A DNA stretch of 64,000 nt from Tenacibaculum sp. (lineage in GTDB: Bacteria > Bacteroidota > Bacteroidia > Flavobacteriales > Flavobacteriaceae). The notes below the pieces were generated by a model. It saw nothing but the letters and a program-made list of their open reading frames with translations, did not search any database and was not told where the DNA came from. Position 1 is the stretch's first letter. Each line of letters begins with the position of its first letter. Of the stretch, positions 42,476-49,969 are shown one piece after another. Made by a program: the position numbers and the translations under genes. Where the stretch lies: positions 134,693 through 198,692 of the forward strand of contig JAGYHQ010000001.1 of NCBI GenBank assembly GCA_018456245.1. Direction: 5' to 3'.

Positions 42476-42504
42476 AAAAAACCACCTAAAAAAATAGGTG
42501 GTTT
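42476..42504 (-). terminator. Internal intrinsic terminator between TonB receptor and ABC ATPase
   Basis: Minus strand reads aaaccaccta-ttttttt-taggtggttttt. Confidence 0.65.
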
Positions 42505-42514
42505 AATTAAACTC

Positions 42515-44848
42515 TTAGAATATATATTTAACATTTAACCCTCCATAGAAAGCTCTTGGCTCTCCTAAATTAAAGTAACTTCCATAAGCATTTACATCAA
42601 GATAATCTACCCAAATAGTATCAAATAAATTTTTTCCTCCTACAAACACATCAAACTCTAAGTGGTTAAAGAATAATTTTTTATACCCTATTTTAGCACT
42701 TAATAAACTATGAGAATCTACAACTACCTTATTCGCATCTTCTGCAAATCTTTCATCACGGTAGTTAAATACTGTATTTCCATATAATCCAAAGTTTGTT
42801 TGTAAATCAACTCCTAAATTTAAACTATGAGGTGAAATTCCTGCCATTCTCTTACCGTCATATTGTGGTTTAGCCTCATTTTTAACAATAGTATAATCCT
42901 GATAAGTATATGTAGTCCAAAGTCTTAACAATTTAATTTTTTCAGAATCTTCAACAACATTATAATTTAATGTTGCTTCTATACCTTGTTGTCTAACATT
43001 TCCTCCATTAAAATAAACTTGTTTATCATTAGCATCTTTTTTACCAAGAATAATATTATCTGTATTCATTCTGTACAAAGTAACATCGTAAAAAAGTTTA
43101 TTTTTTGCTACTTTACCTCTTGCCCCGATTTCATAACTAATTCCATCTTCTGGTAAAAGTTTTGTATTAATGTCTCCTGTACTTGGGTTTATCTCAGCTG
43201 AACGAGGAGGACTAAATCCTTTGTTTATACTTGCATGAACAGAGATATTATCATTAAATTTCTTAGTAAGTGAAACCCTTGGAGAAAAGACCGACTTAAC
43301 ATCAAATTTACTACTAAAATCATTTCCATTTACTTTGTAAAGTTCTTTAATATCATAATCTTGTACATTATAACTTCCTCCAATTGTAAAGTAAAAATCA
43401 TTAGGAAAATCTAATTCTATTTGTCCAAAATAGAAACTATTGTTAGATTTTGTATTATCACTTTTTTTAATTTTATTAAAATCAACTATAGTATTTGTTG
43501 TTTCATATGTTGATTTATCTATATCATTATGTAATGTTTCTAAACCAACTGTAAATTTTGTTTTTACATTTTCAAAAATTTGTGGTTTATACTCAATTTT
43601 TCCTCTAAAAGTATAACCAATATCTTTTGAAAAAATAATAGCACCATATGTATTTTTATCAGTTGCTGGTTTTTTCTTATTTTTTCCATTATCTCTATTT
43701 GGGTGATTAAAACTTCTCGTAGAAACGGTACCACCAAATGTAGCAGATAAATTCTTTAGCATTTCATACTTGTAAGAAGCACCAAAAAGCAAATTTTTTG
43801 TATCTATTCCATAATCTGCTAAAACTCTATCTTTTATAACTCCAAAAGGGTCTTCTTTAAATGCTTTTTCAGATAAATACCCTCCTCTATTAACATTTTT
43901 TTCGTTTTTAACAGCAAAAACTGATAATTTCCCTTTTTTACCTGTATTAAACAAACCTGTTACTGCTAAAGTATTTAAAGATGTTTCAGTATGTTTTCTG
44001 TATCCATCATATTCTTGGGTAGTGTATGAAATATTTATTCTTGAATTTTCAGTACTTATATTTGCACCAAATTTATTTCTAAATAAACCATATTTACCAA
44101 ATAATGTACCTGCAGAAATAGAATTATCTCCATATTCAGGTAATTCAGTTTTAAATAAAATTACCCCACCTGTACCAGAACCATATACGTTACCAGAAGA
44201 ACCTTTAATAACCTCAACACTATTAATAATGTTAGGATTAAAAATATCCGTTGCAGTACCTCCATCTGCGCTTGTTACTGGTAAATCATTCCAATACACC
44301 TTTACGCCCATTGTTGTATGTATGTAACGATACATACTTCCACGTATTGACAAACGAGTTGATCCTCCTCCTGTAGCATCAACATGTACCCCTGGTATAT
44401 TATTTAAAGACTGTGCAATATCAATATTATTATCTCTATTAATTTCTAAAGACCTAATTTTTGATATTGAACCTGCAGTTTCTAAAATACTTCGGTTATT
44501 TTCAAAACCAGTTACGGTTATTTCATCTAACTGTTCATCACTTTCAACTAAAATAGTGTTTAAAGTAACATTTTTATTAAGTACTACTTTCTCTTTTTTG
44601 GTACTATATCCTAAATAAGAAAAAACTAAAGTGTACTCACCAGTTGGTAATTTTAAAGAATAATTACCATTATCATCAGTTACTGTTCCTTTTTTAGTGT
44701 TTTCTACTATTACAGAAACAGCATCTAAATATTGTCCTTTGGGGGTTTTAACACTTCCCTTAATTAAGTAATTTTGTTGTGAGTACACATTTACCCCACC
44801 CATTAAAAATACGCTTATGAAAAGCATTAAAATAATTGATTTTTTCAT
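42515..44848 (-). CDS. TonB-dependent outer-membrane receptor with N-terminal carboxypeptidase-regulatory-like domain
   Basis: Signal peptide, GTVTDDNGNYSL domain, LDEITVTG TonB-box-like segment, plug (LSIRGS, VEVIKG...YGSG), C-terminal aromatic F. Confidence 0.92.
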   Translation of the reverse strand: MKKSIILMLFISVFLMGGVNVYSQQNYLIKGSVKTPKGQYLDAVSVIVENTKKGTVTDDNGNYSLKLPTGEYTLVFSYLGYSTKKEKVVLNKNVTLNTILVESDEQLDEITVTGFENNRSILETAGSISKIRSLEINRDNNIDIAQSLNNIPGVHVDATGGGSTRLSIRGSMYRYIHTTMGVKVYWNDLPVTSADGGTATDIFNPNIINSVEVIKGSSGNVYGSGTGGVILFKTELPEYGDNSISAGTLFGKYGLFRNKFGANISTENSRINISYTTQEYDGYRKHTETSLNTLAVTGLFNTGKKGKLSVFAVKNEKNVNRGGYLSEKAFKEDPFGVIKDRVLADYGIDTKNLLFGASYKYEMLKNLSATFGGTVSTRSFNHPNRDNGKNKKKPATDKNTYGAIIFSKDIGYTFRGKIEYKPQIFENVKTKFTVGLETLHNDIDKSTYETTNTIVDFNKIKKSDNTKSNNSFYFGQIELDFPNDFYFTIGGSYNVQDYDIKELYKVNGNDFSSKFDVKSVFSPRVSLTKKFNDNISVHASINKGFSPPRSAEINPSTGDINTKLLPEDGISYEIGARGKVAKNKLFYDVTLYRMNTDNIILGKKDANDKQVYFNGGNVRQQGIEATLNYNVVEDSEKIKLLRLWTTYTYQDYTIVKNEAKPQYDGKRMAGISPHSLNLGVDLQTNFGLYGNTVFNYRDERFAEDANKVVVDSHSLLSAKIGYKKLFFNHLEFDVFVGGKNLFDTIWVDYLDVNAYGSYFNLGEPRAFYGGLNVKYIF

Positions 44849-44945
44849 AGAAAAACATTTTATAATATTACTATATTTATTTTAGTAACACTTTTAGATC
44901 AAAAAAAAACTATATTATTTTTCAATTATAAGTGTAATGATTCGG

Positions 44946-44977
44946 CAAATGTATAAATTAAATATTATTATTACAAA
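44946..44977 (-). promoter_or_regulatory. Full Bacteroidota promoter (TTTG-N20-TACATTTG) for the TonB receptor cassette
   Basis: -7 element at 44946-44953 and -33 TTTG at 44974-44977 on the minus strand, 20 nt apart. Confidence 0.65.
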
Positions 44978-45020
44978 AATTGTAACACTATTTATTTTAT
45001 TACACCTATTCGTTTTTTGC

Positions 45021-45028
45021 TACTTTTG
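45021..45028 (+). promoter_or_regulatory. -7 element (TACTTTTG) for the LOG-family gene
   Basis: TAnnTTTG match 14 nt upstream of the ATG. Confidence 0.5.
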
Positions 45029-45042
45029 TAAAAAATAAAAAT

Positions 45043-45750
45043 ATGACACAAGAAGACAAAAAAATACGAGAAAAACTACAAAAGAAAACTTGGAATGAGA
45101 TAAAATCAAATGATAGTTGGGCTATTTTTAAAATTATGGCAGAATTTGTTGACGGCTATGAACATTTAAGCAAAATAGGACCTTGTGTATCTATATTCGG
45201 CTCTGCTCGTACAAAACCAGATAATAAATATTATAAATTAGCGGAAGAAATAGCATACCAATTAACACAAAGTGGCTTTGGTGTTATTACAGGTGGCGGA
45301 CCCGGAATTATGGAAGCTGGAAATAAAGGAGCACATAAAGGAAACGGACTATCAGTAGGTTTAAATATTGATTTACCTTTTGAACAATTTGATAACGAAT
45401 GGATTTCTCCTGATTTAAACCTAAACTTCAACTTCTTTTTTGTACGTAAAGTAATGTTTGTAAAATATTCACAAGGATTTGTAGTAATGCCCGGCGGATT
45501 AGGTACAATGGACGAACTTTTTGAAGCATTAACACTTATTCAAACAAAAAAAATTGGTCGTTTTCCTATCGTATTAGTTGGAAGCAAATTTTGGTCAGGA
45601 TTATTAGACTGGATTAAAAACACCCTTTTAGAATAAAAAAATATTAGTGAAGAAGACCTAAATTTATTTAGAATAGTTGATACCGCGGAAGAAGCCGTAG
45701 AACATTTCAATCGTTTTTATGATAAGTATAAACTAAAACCTAATTTTTAA
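45043..45750 (+). pseudogene. LOG family (TIGR00730 Rossmann-fold) protein interrupted by an in-frame TAA at 45634-45636
   Basis: FGSAR, GGGPGIMEA, RKVMF and PGGLGTMDELFE motifs. After the TAA the same frame continues KNISEEDLNLFRIVDTAEEAVEHFNRFYDKYKLKPNF*, which reads as the expected C-terminus. Confidence 0.75.
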
Positions 45751-45785
45751 TTAAGTAGCGTTTAAACCAACTCAAAAAATAAAAG

Positions 45786-46220
45786 ATGAATAAATTTAGT
45801 CGTTACATAAAGGAAGGGATGAGAGCTAAAAATAGTAAGATTTATAAAATGGAGCCTCTTATCAATCCTTTTTTTGACAAATTATCACAAAATACATATA
45901 CAAAAAACCTTGATTTACAATTTCATTTTGAAATAAGAATTGATACAAAAAATGATGAATGGGGAGATGAAGAAGGAGCCAGCAACGTAAAACTTTTTCT
46001 TAAAAAAGGATTTATTGGAGCCTCAATAACACTAAAAGATGAAAAAATAAGTAGCCAAGAAGACTTAAATATGTATTTAAAACAATACTTTAATGATGCT
46101 TTAAATATGATAATAATTAGGTTAAAAAAAGCCAAAATAGAGGTTGAAGACGAAAAATTAATTTCAGATTTTAATCAATATTTTAATGTGTATTTTAACA
46201 AACACACACAAGAGGTATAA
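45786..46220 (+). CDS. Hypothetical protein (possibly immunity-protein-like)
   Basis: 144-aa ORF with ATG, co-oriented with neighbours; family assignment is only an impression. Confidence 0.55.
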   Translation: MNKFSRYIKEGMRAKNSKIYKMEPLINPFFDKLSQNTYTKNLDLQFHFEIRIDTKNDEWGDEEGASNVKLFLKKGFIGASITLKDEKISSQEDLNMYLKQYFNDALNMIIIRLKKAKIEVEDEKLISDFNQYFNVYFNKHTQEV

Positions 46221-46248
46221 TCTATTTTTTAAAATAACCTAAAAAAAG

Positions 46249-46256
46249 TATATTTG
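46249..46256 (+). promoter_or_regulatory. -7 element (TATATTTG) for the E1 gene
   Basis: TAnnTTTG match about 27 nt upstream of the ATG. Confidence 0.55.
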
Positions 46257-46282
46257 TAAAAATCTCAAATATTTTTAAAATT

Positions 46283-48739
46283 ATGATTCAGGATTTGGAA
46301 ACAGCTAAAAATACAGAACAACTTTCTTTTAATGATTTTAAAAACGAAGTTTTAAACGATTACCGAATAGGTAGAATTAGTCGTGAATGTAGTTTATTAG
46401 GAAGACGTGAAGTATTAACAGGTAAAGCCAAATTCGGAATTTTTGGAGACGGAAAAGAATTACCACAATTAGCAATGGCGAAAGCTTTTAAAAATGGCGA
46501 TTGGAGGTCGGGTTACTATCGTGACCAAACTTTTATGATGGCAATTGGCGAGTTATCTGCTCAACAATTTTTTGCAGGGTTATATGCTCATACTGATATA
46601 AACGCCGAGCCAATGTCGGCAGGGCGACAAATGGGAGGGCATTTTGCCACACATTCATTAGATGAAAATGGTAATTGGAAAAACCTCACTGAACAAAAAA
46701 ATTCATCGGCAGATATTTCCCCAACCGCTGGGCAAATGCCTCGTTTATTGGGTTTAGCACAAGCCTCTAAAATTTACAGAAATTTAAACGATTTAAAAGA
46801 ACGTAGCAATTTTTCTAATAACGGAAATGAAGTTGCTTGGGGAACAATTGGTAATGCAAGTACATCAGAAGGGTTATTTTTTGAAACCATAAACGCTGGT
46901 GGTGTTTTACAAGTTCCTATGATTATTAGTGTTTGGGACGATGAATATGGGATTTCAGTTCACGCAAAACATCAAACTACTAAAGAAAATATTTCTGAAG
47001 TTTTAAAAGGTTTCCAACGAGAAAAAGGAACAAACGGATACGAAATTTTTACCGTTAATGGTTGGGATTATGCCAAATTAGTTGATGTTTTTAGTAAAGC
47101 ATCTAACATTGCAAGAGAGCAACACGTACCTATATTAATTCACGTAAAAGAGCTTACGCAACCTTTAGGACACTCTACTTCAGGCTCTCACGAAAGATAC
47201 AAAACAGAAGAGCGATTAAATTGGGAAAAAGAATTTGATTGTTTAGCTCAATTCAGAAAATGGATTTTAGAATTTGAATTAAAAGACGAAAACGGAAATA
47301 TTCTAAAATTTGTAGAGAACGAAGAAGAATTAATCAATTTAGAAAAAACGGCTAAAAAGGAAGTTTCCATTGCTAAACAAAATGCTTGGAAAGCGTATCA
47401 AGATGATATAAAAACTGAACTAAATGAAGCCATTTCTATTTTAGAACGGGTTATTGTTAATAGTGACAATGGCTTATTTATAAAAAAACTAAAAACCGAT
47501 TTAGTTTCAAAAAAAGAAATAATCCGTAAAGATATTTTATTAACCTGTCGTAAAAGTTTACGATATTTAGTTAATGAAGATTTTTCAGAAAAAACAGAAT
47601 TAATAAACTTTATTAACATTAAATTAAAGAGTGCTTATGAAAAATATTCAACTCATTTAATTTCTGAAAACTCTCAATCGCCTTTAAAAATAGAGGAAAA
47701 ACCTGCAATTTATAGTAAAGATAAAAATTTAGTAGACGGAAGAATTATTTTAAGAGATAATTTTGAGGTTATTTTAGCCAAACACCCTGAGGTTTTAATA
47801 TTTGGGGAAGATGCAGGGTTTATAGGAGATGTTAACCAAGGATTAGAAGGCTTACAAAATAAATTTGGAGAATTACGTGTTGCCGATACAGGAATTAGAG
47901 AAGCCACTATTTTAGGGCAAGGTATTGGTATGGCTATGCGAGGGTTACGCCCTATTGCTGAAATTCAGTATTTAGATTATTTGCTATACGCCTTACAAAT
48001 TATAAGTGATGATTTAGCAACATTACGTTACCGTACTTTTGGAAAACAAAAAGCTCCTTTAATTATAAGAACTCGTGGTCATCGTTTAGAAGGAGTTTGG
48101 CACGCAGGCTCGCCAATGGCAGGAATAATAAATAATGTTCGTGGAATACACGTTTTAGTTCCAAGAAATATGACAAAAGCCTCAGGTTTTTACAACACCT
48201 TATTAGAAGGAGATGACCCTGCTTTAGTTATAGAATGCCTAAATGGATATCGTTTAAAAGAAGAATTACCTACTAATTTAGGAGAATTTAAAACTCCAAT
48301 AGGTGTAGTTGAAACCATTAAAGAAGGAAAAGATATTACCATTGTTTCTTATGGCTCTACCCTACGTTTAGTTGAAGAAGCATCTAAAGAATTAGCACAG
48401 GTAAATATTGATGTAGAAATTATAGACATACAAAGTTTATTACCTTTTGATATTAATAATGACACCGTAAAATCTTTACAAAAAACCAATCGTTTATTAA
48501 TTGTAGATGAAGATGTACCAGGGGGAGCATCAGCATATTTATTACAGAATATTTTGGAAAACCAAAACGGTTATAAATATTTGGATAGCAAACCACAAAC
48601 CTTAACATCAAAACCACACAGACCTGCTTATGCTACTGATGGAGATTATTTCTCAAAACCATCAGTTGAAGATATTTTTGAAAAGGTTTACGAAATTATG
48701 CACGAAGCAAACCCTAATAAATATAAGAAACTGTATTAA
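46283..48739 (+). CDS. 2-oxoacid (probably branched-chain) dehydrogenase E1, fused alpha/beta subunits
   Basis: TPP-enzyme features: GYYRD, GNASTSEG...DDEYGIS, GHSTS, FGED, DTGIREATI, AEIQY and IVDED. Confidence 0.9.
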   Translation: MIQDLETAKNTEQLSFNDFKNEVLNDYRIGRISRECSLLGRREVLTGKAKFGIFGDGKELPQLAMAKAFKNGDWRSGYYRDQTFMMAIGELSAQQFFAGLYAHTDINAEPMSAGRQMGGHFATHSLDENGNWKNLTEQKNSSADISPTAGQMPRLLGLAQASKIYRNLNDLKERSNFSNNGNEVAWGTIGNASTSEGLFFETINAGGVLQVPMIISVWDDEYGISVHAKHQTTKENISEVLKGFQREKGTNGYEIFTVNGWDYAKLVDVFSKASNIAREQHVPILIHVKELTQPLGHSTSGSHERYKTEERLNWEKEFDCLAQFRKWILEFELKDENGNILKFVENEEELINLEKTAKKEVSIAKQNAWKAYQDDIKTELNEAISILERVIVNSDNGLFIKKLKTDLVSKKEIIRKDILLTCRKSLRYLVNEDFSEKTELINFINIKLKSAYEKYSTHLISENSQSPLKIEEKPAIYSKDKNLVDGRIILRDNFEVILAKHPEVLIFGEDAGFIGDVNQGLEGLQNKFGELRVADTGIREATILGQGIGMAMRGLRPIAEIQYLDYLLYALQIISDDLATLRYRTFGKQKAPLIIRTRGHRLEGVWHAGSPMAGIINNVRGIHVLVPRNMTKASGFYNTLLEGDDPALVIECLNGYRLKEELPTNLGEFKTPIGVVETIKEGKDITIVSYGSTLRLVEEASKELAQVNIDVEIIDIQSLLPFDINNDTVKSLQKTNRLLIVDEDVPGGASAYLLQNILENQNGYKYLDSKPQTLTSKPHRPAYATDGDYFSKPSVEDIFEKVYEIMHEANPNKYKKLY

Positions 48740-49167
48740 TGGAGCAGGAAACAGATTTTATTTTAAAAGAAATAAAAAAGATAACCTATTTTCTATCTAA
48801 ATTAATTAGTAATATTAGCACATCAAATAATTTTGAAATAGAAAATATAATTAATGAAACCGATGAATTTCTTAAAGAAAAATGGAAATTATCTTTTAAT
48901 GAAATTACAACTTTAAATGAAATTGATTTTTTAAATAAATTAGAAAATTTACCTGAAATTCATCTTGATAAATTTGTAGAATTATTAAGTGAAATAATAA
49001 ATAAACTTAAAACTTCTGAATTACAAAACAAATACAACAAAAATGAATTAGCTAATAAAACTATTGTTTTAATTGATAAAATAAATAAAAATTCAAAAGA
49101 TCTTTCATTAAAACGAATGCAAATTAAAAATAACTTACAACAGGAAGTTCATAATATTTTTAACTAA
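48739..49167 (+). CDS. Hypothetical helical protein
   Basis: 142-aa ORF whose ATG overlaps the E1 stop codon (TAATG). Confidence 0.6.
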   Translation: MEQETDFILKEIKKITYFLSKLISNISTSNNFEIENIINETDEFLKEKWKLSFNEITTLNEIDFLNKLENLPEIHLDKFVELLSEIINKLKTSELQNKYNKNELANKTIVLIDKINKNSKDLSLKRMQIKNNLQQEVHNIFN

Positions 49168-49198
49168 AAATTAATATTATACGTAATAATTATTTTTA

Positions 49199-49206
49199 TA
49201 CATTTG
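49199..49206 (+). promoter_or_regulatory. -7 element (TACATTTG) for the Cys-rich module
   Basis: TAnnTTTG match 18 nt upstream of ATG 49225; it contains the TTG used by the ORF track. Confidence 0.6.
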
Positions 49207-49224
49207 TATATTACATTTTGTTAT

Positions 49225-49578
49225 ATGAAGTTTACAATTAAAACATTTTTTATAATTATTTTAAGTTTAGGTATTTTATTACCTCAAACTTATGCTTCTA
49301 ATTACAAAATAAAATCAACTATCACTGAAACAACAATGTCTTGTTGTGATGTAGATTCAGAAGAATCTTGTAATTGTTCAACAGATTGCAATATGTATAA
49401 CAAAACATGTAATACAAATTGTTGTTGTTCTAATTTATTGTACCTAAACCAAGAAGTTTCTTTTTGTAAGTTATTATTTTTTGATGTTCATTCAAAATTA
49501 ATAAATACTTACAATAACAGATATAATTATTTATTTCATTCTAATATTTATAAACCTCCAATTAATTTTTTATCCTAA
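49225..49578 (+). CDS. Cys-rich exported/membrane-anchored protein with C-terminal IYKPP motif (candidate metal-sensing arrest leader)
   Basis: 117 aa from ATG 49225: hydrophobic signal, 10 Cys (CC..CNC..C..C..CCC..C), aromatic-rich linker, ending IYKPPINFLS. Confidence 0.7.
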   Translation: MKFTIKTFFIIILSLGILLPQTYASNYKIKSTITETTMSCCDVDSEESCNCSTDCNMYNKTCNTNCCCSNLLYLNQEVSFCKLLFFDVHSKLINTYNNRYNYLFHSNIYKPPINFLS

Positions 49579-49626
49579 AAATGAAAAAATTAACGAAAAT
49601 AGATTTATAAATTAAAAACAATAAAG

Positions 49627-49923
49627 ATGAAAAAAATAATTTTAATATTATCAATAGCCTTGGGAACATTAGCTTATGGCTCTACATCAGTACAAAAAAC
49701 AGAAATAAAATGTGAATGTAAAACAACAGGAGTTTGCACTTGTGAAGAAACTTGTGAGTGTGATTCTTGTAAACATGAAAAATGTAAATGTACTGAAAGT
49801 GAAAAATGTACTTGCAAAGGAAAGTGTAAATGCAGTACTTCAAATTCAAAAAAATGTAATTGTGATGATACAAAAAATTGTACTTGTAAAGATGTTTGTA
49901 AGTGCGGTTCTTGTAAAAAATAA
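49627..49923 (+). CDS. Secreted metallothionein-like protein (20 Cys, three 24-aa repeats)
   Basis: Sec-type signal MKKIILILSIALGTLAYG. Residues 29-96 carry 20 Cys in CxC and CxCxxC motifs, are Lys-rich and contain no aromatic residues. Followed by a terminator. Confidence 0.8.
   Translation: MKKIILILSIALGTLAYGSTSVQKTEIKCECKTTGVCTCEETCECDSCKHEKCKCTESEKCTCKGKCKCSTSNSKKCNCDDTKNCTCKDVCKCGSCKK
49711..49914 (+). repeat. Three tandem 72-nt (24-aa) coding repeats, units starting at 49711, 49783 and 49855
   Basis: CECKTTGVCTCEETCECDSC / CKCTESEKCTCKGKCKCSTS / CNCDDTKNCTCKDVCKCGSC. Confidence 0.85.
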
Positions 49924-49941
49924 TTATTTTTTATAAAAAAT

Positions 49942-49969
49942 AAAGAGGTTCAATATGAACCTCTTTTTT
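49942..49969. terminator. Intrinsic terminator after the metallothionein-like gene (probably bidirectional)
   Basis: aaagaggttc-aatat-gaacctcttt followed by a T tract. Confidence 0.85.

Noticed and set aside
46195-49167. Weakly similar 3' ends of ORFans (aaacacacacaagaggtataa at about 46200; aacttacaacagg at about 49132) as cassette recombination sites
   Set aside because: Too short and degenerate, with no matching inverted arm and no integron integrase in the window.
49581-49610. Nine-codon ORF MKKLTKIDL between the two Cys-rich genes
   Set aside because: Too short to support and expected by chance in AT-rich DNA, although it overlaps the alternative pairing strand and could be retested by Ribo-seq.
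49712-49936. Alternative-frame ORFs over the metallothionein-like gene (74 aa on +, 63 aa on -)
   Set aside because: These are shadows of the Cys-codon repeat. Only the 49627 frame has a signal peptide, ordered repeats and a terminator directly after.
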